Positions 1 through 9,546 of a stretch of 64,000 nucleotides of DNA are shown here, piece after piece. Below the pieces are notes generated by a model. That model was not told the DNA's origin, did no database searches, and worked only from the letters and a program-made list of their open reading frames with translations. The DNA lies in assembly GCA_028695735.1 (NCBI GenBank), contig JAQVIJ010000003.1:306246-370245 (forward strand), given 5' to 3'. A program made the position numbers and the translations under genes. Origin of the DNA: Deltaproteobacteria bacterium. GTDB lineage: Bacteria; Desulfobacterota; Dissulfuribacteria; Dissulfuribacterales; DYLC01. Numbering within the stretch: position 1 is the first letter of the stretch; every line of letters starts with the position of its first letter.

Positions 1-1906
1 CATTCGTGGTATCTGCAGGAGGTGTTGCAGCCGGCCTCTCTGTATTGGGCAACAGGGCCGCCTTCAGCCGTTTTTTCCAGACTTCATCGGGCATTCTGGT
101 CTTGCTGCGCCTGTCCACAGGTATGGTGAGAATAAAGGTGCTGCCCTTGCCCAGTTCACTTGAGACCGAGATATCGCCACCCAACATCTGAGCCAGTTTC
201 TGCGATATGCTCAGACCAAGCCCTGTCCCGCCGTATTTGCGTGTATATGAGCCGTCCACCTGTTTGAAGGGTTCAAAGATGAGCTTTTCATATCCCTTGG
301 GAATGCCTATGCCTGTGTCTATCACCGAAAATACGATATAATCCCTGTCTTTTGCTGTTTTCCCCGTGCATTTCAGGGTTATTTTGCCTTTTTCCGTGAA
401 TTTGACGGCATTTCCCAGGAGATTTGTCAGTATCTGGTTGAGCCTGCGCTGGTCTGTCACGATGGTTTCAGGGGCTTCGTCCATCTGTGTTTCAAAGGTG
501 AGGTCCTTTTTCTGGGCCAAAGGCGCTATGGAAAGCCCCAGTTTTTCTATGAGGTCCCTGGTTTTGACAGGAGTGAAGCGCAGCTCCTCCCTGCCTGATT
601 CGATGCGTGTGAGGTCCAGGATATCGTTTATGAGTTCCAGCAGGTTTTCGCCGTTTCTGAGCATGATATCCAGGTATTCCTTGTGGCGTTGGTCCTGCGT
701 GACCTGATAGTCGTCCAGCATGAGACGGGCCAGGCCTAAAATGGAGTTTAATGGTGTGCGCAGCTCATGGGACATGTTGGAGAGGAATATGGACTTCATG
801 CGATTGGCCTCTTCGGCCTCCTTGCTCTTTTTCTCCAGGGCGTCCCTCTGTGCTATCAGTTCTTCTGTCTGGGCCTGAATCTCCTCACTCTGCGCCAGCA
901 GTTCCTCGCTTTGCGCCTGTAATTCCTCGTTCTGGGCGTTCAATTGTTCGTTTTGCTGTTTCATGGTCTCGGAGAGCTTGACAATCTCCTGAGTGTGTAG
1001 GGCATTCTGAATGGCGAGGCAGGTCTGAGGCAGTAGGTTTTCCAGATAGGCCTTGTGCAGGGAGAGGTCGTTGAAGGAGCCCAGTTCCATGACCCCCAGC
1101 AGGGTGTCCTGCAGAAGCATGGGGATGCAGATGATGGAAAACGGATGCGCATCCAGAATGCCGGTCTTGAGCTTGAGGTGGTCAGCCGGCAGGTTCTCAA
1201 GCAGCAGGGTTTGTTTTGACTGGGCGGCCTGGCCTGGCAGCCCCTGACCCAGGCCGAACTCGGGCGGATTTGTGAACAGGGCATGGGCGGCCAGGGGGGT
1301 CAGCACACCGCGCTCCTGGTCCCATATATAAAACACACCTGTTGCAGAGGCAGTATTTTCAATGAGGACGGAAAGCAGCCGTTTTGCCATCTCTGAAAGA
1401 TCACCGGCCTCATGAAGAAGGCGAATGACCTTGTAGTGCATCTCCAGTGTCTGATAGTTGGCGGCCAGTTCCTGATTTTTTTGTTCAAGGGCGTTGGCCA
1501 TGGCCACATAGTGGCTGTCGTCCTGAATGGTCTGCACTATGCCGGCCAGTCGGCCGTGCTGGTCATAAAATGGAGAGGAGATGACTCGAGCCGGAAAGTT
1601 TTTTCCATTCCAGAGCTCGCATTCATAGAACAAAAGGAGATTTTTATTCTCGCCGCTGGCTATCTGTCTTATGGGGCAGTTTTCTGTATGACAAAAACCT
1701 GGTGCATGAGTGATCTCAAAGCATTTTTTGCCCAGACTTTCCGGATTGCTCATATCCACCATGGTATCCATGGCAGGGTTCTGAGTGAGCACATGACAGT
1801 TCATGTCTATCATGCGAATGGGTGTGGGAGCGCGCATGTAGAGCTGATAAACCGCCTCATAGGCGAGGATATGGTCATCATAGATTTGAAAAGGGCTGTT
1901 ATCCAT
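1..1906 (-). CDS. PAS/GAF sensor histidine kinase, 3' end cut by window edge
   Basis: Absent from the ORF track because it runs off the left edge. Hand translation from ATG at 1906 is stop-free to base 2. It shows a Cys-rich PAS-like N-terminus, a GAF-like middle, a Q/E-rich coiled coil, H-box [13 protein letters not shown], and G-boxes DTGIGI and [11 protein letters not shown]. The start overlaps the cheR stop by 8 nt. Confidence 0.85.
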   Translation of the reverse strand, partial: MDNSPFQIYDDHILAYEAVYQLYMRAPTPIRMIDMNCHVLTQNPAMDTMVDMSNPESLGKKCFEITHAPGFCHTENCPIRQIASGENKNLLLFYECELWNGKNFPARVISSPFYDQHGRLAGIVQTIQDDSHYVAMANALEQKNQELAANYQTLEMHYKVIRLLHEAGDLSEMAKRLLSVLIENTASATGVFYIWDQERGVLTPLAAHALFTNPPEFGLGQGLPGQAAQSKQTLLLENLPADHLKLKTGILDAHPFSIICIPMLLQDTLLGVMELGSFNDLSLHKAYLENLLPQTCLAIQNALHTQEIVKLSETMKQQNEQLNAQNEELQAQSEELLAQSEEIQAQTEELIAQRDALEKKSKEAEEANRMKSIFLSNMSHELRTPLNSILGLARLMLDDYQVTQDQRHKEYLDIMLRNGENLLELINDILDLTRIESGREELRFTPVKTRDLIEKLGLSIAPLAQKKDLTFETQMDEAPETIVTDQRRLNQILTNLLGNAVKFTEKGKITLKCTGKTAKDRDYIVFSVIDTGIGIPKGYEKLIFEPFKQVDGSYTRKYGGTGLGLSISQKLAQMLGGDISVSSELGKGSTFILTIPVDRRSKTRMPDEVWKKRLKAALLPNTERPAATPPADTTN

Positions 1907-2768
1907 GGTCAGCCGGTCCTTTTTTATAGATTTTTATGCCGTGTTTGACTGGTGCAAGGGATTCCAGAAGTTCATCCGGCATGCTTTCCGCTTTTCCCAG
2001 CACCAGATAACCGTCTGGGTTCAGGCATTCACAGAGTCTGCGCAGTGTATCGAGTTTCTGCTGGTAATCATAATAGATGAGCACATTTCTGCAATAGATG
2101 ATGTCATATTCGGTGAAGATGCCGATGGGCGGGGCAAGATGTTTCACTGTCGTGATATCGAAACACACAAACTGAGCCATGTCCTGAATCTCTGGAATGA
2201 GCTGCATGTGTTCAGGCATCCCTATTATGCGCTGAAAGGCGTCTGGATGTGTGGACAGGACATCTTCAATGGATTTGATGGGATAGACGGCTTTCATGGC
2301 CTTTTCTATGGCCATTTGGTCTATATCCGTGCCCAGCAGAGTGATATTCCATTTTTTTCTTTCTTTCTCCTCCATGCGCTGAAGGTATTCAAACAGCAGA
2401 ATGGCTGTGGAATACACCTCCTCTCCATAGGCGCAGGCAGTGCTCCAGATGCGGATGTTGCGGTCGTTCTGCTGGGCATGTCTTTCGAAGAGTGCAGGTA
2501 TGATCTGCTGTTCAAGGTAACTGAATATCTCGGTGTCTCGAAAGAATTCGCTGACCTTGATGGTAAGGGAGTGAAGAAGGGTCTGGTATTCCAGCGGGGT
2601 TTTCTGCAGATAGGCCTCATATTCGTCTATGTCGTATATGCCAAGGGCTGACATGCGCCGCAAAAGCCTTCTTTGAAAGGTTCCGGGATTGTAGTTTGAA
2701 AATCTGCAACCTGTGCGTTTTTCCACAAGCTGTTTCAGGTGATTGATACGTTCAGGCTCCATATTCAT
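1899..2768 (-). CDS. cheR: CheR-type protein-glutamate O-methyltransferase
   Basis: 289 aa. N-terminal CheR helical domain (FQRRLLRRM), SAM-MTase core IWSTACAYGEEVYS and IIYCRNVLIYY. Its start shares 1 nt with the upstream stop (TAATG). Confidence 0.85.
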   Translation of the reverse strand: MNMEPERINHLKQLVEKRTGCRFSNYNPGTFQRRLLRRMSALGIYDIDEYEAYLQKTPLEYQTLLHSLTIKVSEFFRDTEIFSYLEQQIIPALFERHAQQNDRNIRIWSTACAYGEEVYSTAILLFEYLQRMEEKERKKWNITLLGTDIDQMAIEKAMKAVYPIKSIEDVLSTHPDAFQRIIGMPEHMQLIPEIQDMAQFVCFDITTVKHLAPPIGIFTEYDIIYCRNVLIYYDYQQKLDTLRRLCECLNPDGYLVLGKAESMPDELLESLAPVKHGIKIYKKGPADHG

Positions 2769-4111
2769 TATAAATGTGTATGTATGATGCGCGGGACAGT
2801 GGCAAGGATGTCTTCTATGGCACGTTCGTCAAGGTCAAGGGCGGTGATGGCACTTTGGCTCAGTCCGTTGGTCATGGAGTCGTTGGAAAGCCCTATGCCG
2901 GCTATGTTGCAGATGTGATCAGCGACATGAATGATGCAGGGAAGGGGTGAGATTGTATTCATGTTTTCGGGCTCATGATGAAATGCTATTGCCTCCTCCA
3001 GTTCCGCAGGAAGCTGCCAGTTGTGGGCTATATACTGGCCTATGGCTGCGTGGTCCAGGCCGAATACGTCTTTTTCGGCCTGCACAAAGGATTCGTTTTT
3101 CAGCAGGACCCTGCTGGTAACCTGCGTGAACATGTCCATGCCGTAGCGTTCTATCACGATCTTGCCGATGTCATGCAGCAGACCGGCCAGATATGCCGTC
3201 TCCGGCTCCGTGCAGCCGGTTACCTTGGCTATTGCCTCGCTTATGCGGGCACAGGTTACGGAGTGATAGAAGAACGCCCCTTCTTCCATGTCATAGGTGG
3301 TGATACGCCTGTCATATATGTCTGCAAGACAGGTGTCCATAACGATTTTTTTAAATGTCCTCATGCCAAGGTATGCAACGGCCTGTGATAGGTTGTGCAC
3401 CTGTCTGGAAAGTCCGTAGTAGGCGGAATTGGCCTCCTTGAGCATATTGGCTGCCAGCACCTGGTCCTGGAGAATGAGTTGTTCCAATTCGCTGATGTTG
3501 GTGTCCTCGCCGTTGGTGAGTTGAAGGGCGCGAATGGCCACATTGGAACTGGGTTTCAGGTCTTCAGCATTCTGAAGAATGGAGGTGCGCAAGGTATTGG
3601 CATTCCATTGTTCGTCAATCTGCCGGCCCGCCTCTTCTGATGTGGGCATTCTGGATGTGCGGACATGAATCTGGCCGTTTCGCATGTACAGGCGCATTAC
3701 ACGCCCCAGATTGCCTGCCACGTGCTGGTATGAGACCTTTACATCCGCCTGTCTCAGACCCTCCATTACAGCGAGCAGATTCCGCTGACCTATTTTGAGG
3801 TCTGTCCCAGTATTTTTTGTCATGATGGATGCACCGCCTGCAATGGCCGTGGTTGCGGTTTTTCTCTCGCCTCCCAGTTCTTCAAAGGCATTCAGGAGGA
3901 ATGGAATGGCAGTAGTGGCATAGGCGGCTGGATGGGTCTGTTTCTTTTCAGCAGGGCCATCAGGCAGCAGGATGTGGCACATGCCGCCGATATGCCTGAC
4001 CGCATCGTATATGGCCACGCCGACACAGGAGCCGAGACAGGTCTCGAGGATGGTGTCTGGGTCTCCGGTGACCCGGCAGTCGCCTATGTGCACAAGTTGA
4101 ATCTCTTCCAT
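2768..4111 (-). CDS. CheD (chemoreceptor glutamine deamidase) domain fused to an HDOD domain
   Basis: 447 aa. Residues about 1-160 are CheD-like (LGSCVGVAIYD, GGMCHILLP). The C-terminal part is HDOD-like (LLHDIGKIV, AFHHEP). Confidence 0.8.
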   Translation of the reverse strand: MEEIQLVHIGDCRVTGDPDTILETCLGSCVGVAIYDAVRHIGGMCHILLPDGPAEKKQTHPAAYATTAIPFLLNAFEELGGERKTATTAIAGGASIMTKNTGTDLKIGQRNLLAVMEGLRQADVKVSYQHVAGNLGRVMRLYMRNGQIHVRTSRMPTSEEAGRQIDEQWNANTLRTSILQNAEDLKPSSNVAIRALQLTNGEDTNISELEQLILQDQVLAANMLKEANSAYYGLSRQVHNLSQAVAYLGMRTFKKIVMDTCLADIYDRRITTYDMEEGAFFYHSVTCARISEAIAKVTGCTEPETAYLAGLLHDIGKIVIERYGMDMFTQVTSRVLLKNESFVQAEKDVFGLDHAAIGQYIAHNWQLPAELEEAIAFHHEPENMNTISPLPCIIHVADHICNIAGIGLSNDSMTNGLSQSAITALDLDERAIEDILATVPRIIHTHL

Positions 4112-4251
4112 TTATATTTTTGAACTTTCCTTGGGTGATAATGTATGAATGTTTCAGGGGTTCCCTTAAAATATCAGAAATGGTTTGGGCAGTCAAAAGA
4201 TATTGTGGTTTCGGATTCCGCTGCCGCCCCCACAGTATCTTTTTGTTTTAT

Positions 4252-5154
4252 TCAATCGCGGAATTTGGGGACATTGTGTTTATTGCAGTTGAGCCTTTTG
4301 TATATCATCTGAATGGTCTCGGCCTTTTTAAGGGACCAGAGGGGTGCGAGCAGGACATCCGCAGAATGGTCTGCTGCCAGTCTGTGTATCACACATTCGC
4401 TGCCCAGGTGTCTGACGGCCCAGGCCACCAGCTCTGTGTAAAGTCCCTGTGAAATGGGTTGATAGTCACCGTCTTCCCACAGCCGCTGAAGGCAAGTCCC
4501 CTTCAACACGGAGAGCTGATGGAATTTTATGCCTTCCACCCCTGACATCCGCACTCGTTCTATGGTGTTTTGCATGTCTTCCGGTGTTTCACCGGGCAGC
4601 CCGAAGATCACATGGCAGCACACGGGTATTCCGAATTCGTGAGTGATATTTACCGCATTTACGAAGTCTTGAAAGCTATGCCCACGGTTTATGCGTTTTA
4701 AGGTGGCATCATTGGCGCTCTGAAGCCCGTACTCCATCCAGACCATCTTTCGGCCTGCCATCTCCTTTATAAGCATCAGGCGTTCTTCGTCGATGCAGTC
4801 AGGTCTTGTGGCGATACTGATTCCCACTACCTCGTCCGGCGCCAGGACGGTGCGATATATTTCGGCCAGGCGCTTCAACGGTGCATAGGTATTTGAAAAA
4901 GATTGCAGATAGGACAGGAATCTGGTGGCCCCATAGCGCCTCTGCGCCCATTTCATGCCGTCTTCCATCTGTTGATGCAGGTCTTTACCGCAGGCAGCCG
5001 CCCCTGTACCGGAGCCTGTCCCATTGCAATAGATGCAGCCGCCTTTGCCCTTTGTGCCGTCTCTATTGGGGCAGTTGAGTCCTGCGTCCAGAGGTATCTT
5101 CTGCACCCTGACGCCGAATTTGGCCTTCAGGTATTCATTCAGCGTGAGACACAT
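4252..5154 (-). CDS. radical SAM protein, TIGR01212/YhcC-like family
   Basis: 300 aa. Cys motif CPNRDGTKGKGGCIYC (C-x11-C-x2-C) is typical of this family, as recalled from memory. Confidence 0.75.
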   Translation of the reverse strand: MCLTLNEYLKAKFGVRVQKIPLDAGLNCPNRDGTKGKGGCIYCNGTGSGTGAAACGKDLHQQMEDGMKWAQRRYGATRFLSYLQSFSNTYAPLKRLAEIYRTVLAPDEVVGISIATRPDCIDEERLMLIKEMAGRKMVWMEYGLQSANDATLKRINRGHSFQDFVNAVNITHEFGIPVCCHVIFGLPGETPEDMQNTIERVRMSGVEGIKFHQLSVLKGTCLQRLWEDGDYQPISQGLYTELVAWAVRHLGSECVIHRLAADHSADVLLAPLWSLKKAETIQMIYKRLNCNKHNVPKFRD

Positions 5155-6595
5155 GCCATTCCCTCAACCAGTCAGCGGCCTGCTCGCGCGTCCTGACCCG
5201 GCCCTCCAGCTCTGCGATCTCCAGTTCGTTCAATGCCCTGCCTATTATGGGCCCTGGATGAATTTGAAGTATCTCCTGTATGTCCCTGCCGGTGAGCAGC
5301 CGTTTTCTGGTTTGAAGGGGGTGCAGTTCCTTTACATAGAAGTGATGTACTATGCACCAGAGTCTGGAGAGCCTTTCGTCCAGGTCAGCCGGTTTCAGAG
5401 GGCCGCAGCCTGCCATGCTGTCCGCCATTGCCAGCAGAAACAGGGCTGGATAGTCCTGCTTCAGGTGATTCAGGAGCCTGCGCATGGCCCGTTTGGTGGG
5501 ATGTGTCTTGCGGCGCTCCATATCCGTGAGCAGATGAAATGGCCTCATGTGCAGGGAGGCGAGGGTGGATGCCATGAGCATGGTGTGCCGAGGCCAGCGC
5601 AGCCGGGCGGCGATGGCCTTGATCATGCTGTTGCCTTGACTGTCGTGCTGATAAAAGGTGGTTCTTCCGTTTTTTTCAGACCGGCACACAGGTTTGGCTA
5701 TGTCGTGCAGAAGGGACGCCCATTTCAAGGCCTCGATATGCGAGGGGTTTCCCTGAATCCATGCCTCGATAGGCTCAACGGGAGAGAACTTTTTTCGGGG
5801 GTCCTGAAGCAGGATCTCCAGACAGGCCAGGGTCTCGAGGCTGTGTTGCAGGACATCCAGGTGGTGAAAGCCGGGCTGTTCCATGCCTGCTCCTGCCTTG
5901 AGTTCCGGCAGAATCTGAAAAAGAATGCCGTCGTCGGCCATTTGGTGAATAGTGGAAGAGGCATCGGAAACACCGAGAATCAGGCTCATCTCCTGTTGTA
6001 TGCGTTCACCGGCCACATGGCCCAGTCCTGGCATCACCTCTTGAATCCATTTTCTGGTTTGAGGCTCTATGATGAGGCCCAGTTGCCCCGCGAATCTGTA
6101 GGCCCGAATACAACGCAGGGGGTCTGAAAACAGATTGTTCAGCCCTATGGCTTTAATTACGCCCTGTTTCAGGTCATTCAGGCCGTTCAATGGGTCTATG
6201 AGATTGCAGGCGGCCTCATGAGCGGTTTTGAGGCTGAATGTCCCGCAAAGCAGGTCAACGGCCCTTTCAAAGGGTATGGCCATGGCGTTTATGGTGAAAT
6301 CGCGAGCCTTCAGGTCCCCGGTTATGCTGGCAGCGCCGTCTCGAAAGGAACTGAAGTCCACCACCATATTCCTGGACACCACTACTCGAGCCGTATCCGT
6401 TGTTGCGTCCAGGGGCACGAATGCGGCGTTCAGGCGAAGGGCTGTCTCCTGGGCCAGTTGCATGGCATTCTGTCTCACGGTTATGTCCAGGTCCTTTATG
6501 GGCCTTTCAAGCAGCAGGTCCCGAACAGCACCGCCTGCCAGATAGGGTTCATGACCTTTGATGATTTTATAAATTGCTTCAAGTAGATGTTTCAT
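5135..6595 (-). CDS. cca: CCA-adding tRNA nucleotidyltransferase / poly(A) polymerase family with HD domain
   Basis: 486 aa. Head-domain motif GGAVRDLLLERPIKDLDITV; HD motif LLHDIAKP. Confidence 0.8.
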   Translation of the reverse strand: MKHLLEAIYKIIKGHEPYLAGGAVRDLLLERPIKDLDITVRQNAMQLAQETALRLNAAFVPLDATTDTARVVVSRNMVVDFSSFRDGAASITGDLKARDFTINAMAIPFERAVDLLCGTFSLKTAHEAACNLIDPLNGLNDLKQGVIKAIGLNNLFSDPLRCIRAYRFAGQLGLIIEPQTRKWIQEVMPGLGHVAGERIQQEMSLILGVSDASSTIHQMADDGILFQILPELKAGAGMEQPGFHHLDVLQHSLETLACLEILLQDPRKKFSPVEPIEAWIQGNPSHIEALKWASLLHDIAKPVCRSEKNGRTTFYQHDSQGNSMIKAIAARLRWPRHTMLMASTLASLHMRPFHLLTDMERRKTHPTKRAMRRLLNHLKQDYPALFLLAMADSMAGCGPLKPADLDERLSRLWCIVHHFYVKELHPLQTRKRLLTGRDIQEILQIHPGPIIGRALNELEIAELEGRVRTREQAADWLREWHVSHAE

Positions 6596-6656
6596 TGAAC
6601 TTCAGGCATTAACCCCTCTCCGTCCCGCCCCTTGTCAGGGGAGGGAGATAACTCGC

Positions 6657-7751
6657 TCATTTTACAAAAAGTTCCCATAGCAGGTCATGTATGGCCGGCC
6701 TGAATCTGCGCATTTCATTCATGTTTTGGGTGTTATCCGCACGGGGAAACGGCCGATTGCACAAGAAAATCATTATAACCTCCTGTTTTAGATCCATCCA
6801 GAAGGAACAACCTGTCCAGCCAAGATGCCCCACTGTATGGTTTGAGAAATATCTGCCTGAGCTGGAGGAAAGGGAAGGGGTGTCAAAGGCCAATGCACGG
6901 GTATGCGGGCCTGCAACAGGAGTGAAAAAGGTCTGAAGCCAGTTGCCAGGAATAAGCCTTGAGCGAATGCGGCCATTGTGTATCTCCAGTAGCCGCACAA
7001 GGGCCTGAAGCAGAGCAGAGGCATTGCCAAAGAGCCCTGCATGGCCTGCCACGCCTTGAAGCCACCAGGCGTTCAGGTCGTTTACCTGGGCTGTTACCAT
7101 GGTCTTTCGTACGGGACAGTAGCCTGTTGGGGCAAAGGCCTCTTTTAACCTGCTTGACTCCATTGAATCTTCATGAATGGGCAGAAAAAAGAGCTGCTCG
7201 GTCTGAAGCCCAGGTAGAATCCTTTGTTCAAAAAGGACATGCAGGGGAGTTTGAGTGAGTTTTTCCAGAAGAATGCCCAGCAGGATAAAACCCAGGTCAC
7301 TGTATGTGGGGACCGGGGCCTCCAATGCCAGGGAGCTGATGAGCTTGAGGCAGGCGGCCTTTCTTTCACCAGGCCCTATGTCCTTTAGGAGCTCATATAG
7401 ATTCAGATGGGCTGCCAGGCCGGAGGAGTGGGACAACAGGTGTTTTAATGGAATATCAGCGAGGCTGCCTGCGTCCTTTCCCAGCAATCTGCTCATGGGC
7501 AGTTCCAAAGAAAGAAGCCCCTCGCTGCACAGATGAAGGGTGACAAGCCCGGTCACCAGGGGTTTGGTGAGGGATGCCAGGTCGTAATAGGTATCAGGAG
7601 TCACCTGATGAGAGCCTTCCTCGTATGTGAGCCTGCCGTGGGCCATGAGGTGCACCTCTCCCCTGTGCCAGACGGCTATGGAACAGCCCGGAAAGAGCCT
7701 GGTCTCAACGGCCCTGTTCAACATTGGAAATACGGCTTGAGATCGATGCAT
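6657..7751 (-). CDS. serine hydrolase, beta-lactamase/PBP4*-like family
   Basis: 364 aa. SxxK motif ASLTKPLV, YSD, and an HLG triad near the C-terminus. Confidence 0.75.
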   Translation of the reverse strand: MHRSQAVFPMLNRAVETRLFPGCSIAVWHRGEVHLMAHGRLTYEEGSHQVTPDTYYDLASLTKPLVTGLVTLHLCSEGLLSLELPMSRLLGKDAGSLADIPLKHLLSHSSGLAAHLNLYELLKDIGPGERKAACLKLISSLALEAPVPTYSDLGFILLGILLEKLTQTPLHVLFEQRILPGLQTEQLFFLPIHEDSMESSRLKEAFAPTGYCPVRKTMVTAQVNDLNAWWLQGVAGHAGLFGNASALLQALVRLLEIHNGRIRSRLIPGNWLQTFFTPVAGPHTRALAFDTPSLSSSSGRYFSNHTVGHLGWTGCSFWMDLKQEVIMIFLCNRPFPRADNTQNMNEMRRFRPAIHDLLWELFVK

Positions 7752-8181
7752 GGCTTATGATAGCAAAGCCCTTTAAAAATAACATCATGAAAAAAACACC
7801 AGATAATGAGCCAAGGTATAAAAATGAGAAAAATTTCAAAAAAATGAGAAAAAAAGAGAAAATAGAATGTTGAAAACCTGTTAAAAAACAATGTCAGCAT
7901 AACTTCTTTGATTTATTGGAGTTTTTATTCACAAAAAAGGCTTGGATTTTAAAGGGTTATCAAAATTCATTTCAAATAGCTAAACAAAACAAATCGTTAG
8001 GGCATATCCTGTAGTGCTATTTCTTTTTTCTGATAAGTGATTTTATAACAGGCACCATTGTTTGACAGTTGCGTGACGGTCTTGTATGAATCTGAAACAT
8101 TATTTTTGAGGAAGACCTGGTGACTTCACTCCGACGGCGAACGCCGTTCAGGGAAGTTTTGAAAATGGGAGAGATATCTAT
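7752..8181. other. candidate oriC / dnaA promoter region (AT-rich)
   Basis: 430-bp divergent intergenic region immediately upstream of dnaA, visibly far more AT-rich than its flanks. AAAATGAGAAAAA occurs at 7821 and 7841 with a 20-bp offset. One consensus DnaA box is present. Confidence 0.45.
7925..7933 (+). promoter_or_regulatory. DnaA box TTATTCACA
   Basis: Exact match to TTATNCACA. It is the only perfect box I found in the region; TTATCAAAA at 7956 has 2 mismatches. Confidence 0.4.
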
Positions 8182-9537
8182 ATGGAGAGTGTCTGGAATA
8201 CTGTCAAGGGCCATCTGCGTTCCAGTATTTCTGCAAGCAGCTTCGAGGTCTGGATAGAACCTATACAGGTAGTTGACATAAAGGAAGACACCCTGGTACT
8301 TGGATGTCCCAACCGTTTTTTTGCCTCATGGGTGCAGGAACACTATCTGCCCCTGATCTCTCAATGCCCTGAGCTCGAAAATCGTATAATCCGTCTGACC
8401 TGTGAGTACAAAAAAGAAAACTCCGCTGAGGCATTTCTGAAACAGCCTGAAAATCAGGCACAGCAGGCTGTTTTGCCGGATTTCAACCCCAGAAAACCTG
8501 CGGCCCCGCGTTTCAGCAGGCATTACTCATTTGATGAATTTGTGATCGGAGAATGCAACAGATATGCCCATGATGCCTGTAAGGCCGTTGCAAGTGGTGA
8601 AATAAGCCAGGGTCGTATCCTGTATCTGCATTCGCCTTCAGGGCTGGGCAAAAGCCATCTGTCTCAGGCCACCGGCCAGTTTATCCTTGAAAACAGGCCG
8701 TCCATGCGTATATCCTACCTTTCCGCCAATGAATTCACCAATCAGGTGGTTCGGGCTGCAAAGGATGGGCAATTCGAGGGTTTTAAGCAGAAATACCAGC
8801 AGGAATGCGATATCTTGCTCCTGGAAGAGGTGCACTGCCTCTCCGGCAGACATCGCACACAGGCGGAGCTGGCGCTGATAATAGACACCCTCAGAGACAG
8901 CGGCAAGACCATTGTCATGACCGCCAATCAGCCTCCGGTGCGCCTTGCAAATCTGCATGAAGGACTTGGCTCCCGTCTCAACGCCGCCATAGTGGCCAAT
9001 ATAGATGAGCCCGATAAACAGACCAGATATAACATACTGGCGGTAAAGGCACTGAGAAACGGCCTCGTGGTGCCTGACATGGTGCTGGATTATCTGGCTG
9101 AACGCCTGTTCGGGGATGTCAGACGGCTGGAAGGGGCTGTGGTGGGGCTTCTGACCCGTACTGCCTTGACGAAACAGGAGGTCACTCTTCAACTGGCCCA
9201 GGAGATGGTTGGAGACATGGTGGGGCAACCACTTGACCTGAATATTCAGGCCATTCAGGAGATATTGTGCCGTTTCTATAAACTGACCACCGCTGAACTC
9301 ACCTCCAGGAGCAGGAAGAGAAGTGTATTGTGGCCCCGCCAGATCGGCATGTATCTGGCCAGACAATACACATGTGAATCCCTTGAGGAAATAGGCAAGG
9401 CATTCGGCAGGGACCATGCCACCGTCATACACGCGGTCAAACAGGTGCAACAGATCGTTGAAGACGGCGGAAGATGGAAGGGCGAGATAGATTTTCTTTC
9501 CACTCAACTGGAGAAGATGAGGTGGCGTGGAAAATGA
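8182..9537 (+). CDS. dnaA: chromosomal replication initiator DnaA
   Basis: 451 aa. Walker A SPSGLGKSHL, Walker B DILLLEEVH, C-terminal DNA-binding signature DHATVIHAVKQV. Confidence 0.95.
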   Translation: MESVWNTVKGHLRSSISASSFEVWIEPIQVVDIKEDTLVLGCPNRFFASWVQEHYLPLISQCPELENRIIRLTCEYKKENSAEAFLKQPENQAQQAVLPDFNPRKPAAPRFSRHYSFDEFVIGECNRYAHDACKAVASGEISQGRILYLHSPSGLGKSHLSQATGQFILENRPSMRISYLSANEFTNQVVRAAKDGQFEGFKQKYQQECDILLLEEVHCLSGRHRTQAELALIIDTLRDSGKTIVMTANQPPVRLANLHEGLGSRLNAAIVANIDEPDKQTRYNILAVKALRNGLVVPDMVLDYLAERLFGDVRRLEGAVVGLLTRTALTKQEVTLQLAQEMVGDMVGQPLDLNIQAIQEILCRFYKLTTAELTSRSRKRSVLWPRQIGMYLARQYTCESLEEIGKAFGRDHATVIHAVKQVQQIVEDGGRWKGEIDFLSTQLEKMRWRGK

Positions 9538-9546
9538 CAGCGCCTT

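Noticed and set aside
6621-6650. Hairpin TCCCGCCCC-ttgtca-GGGGAGGGA between the beta-lactamase-like gene and cca, as an intrinsic terminator
   Set aside because: No U-tract follows it on the transcribed (minus) strand, and the genes are probably co-transcribed. It may be just another small REP-like palindrome.
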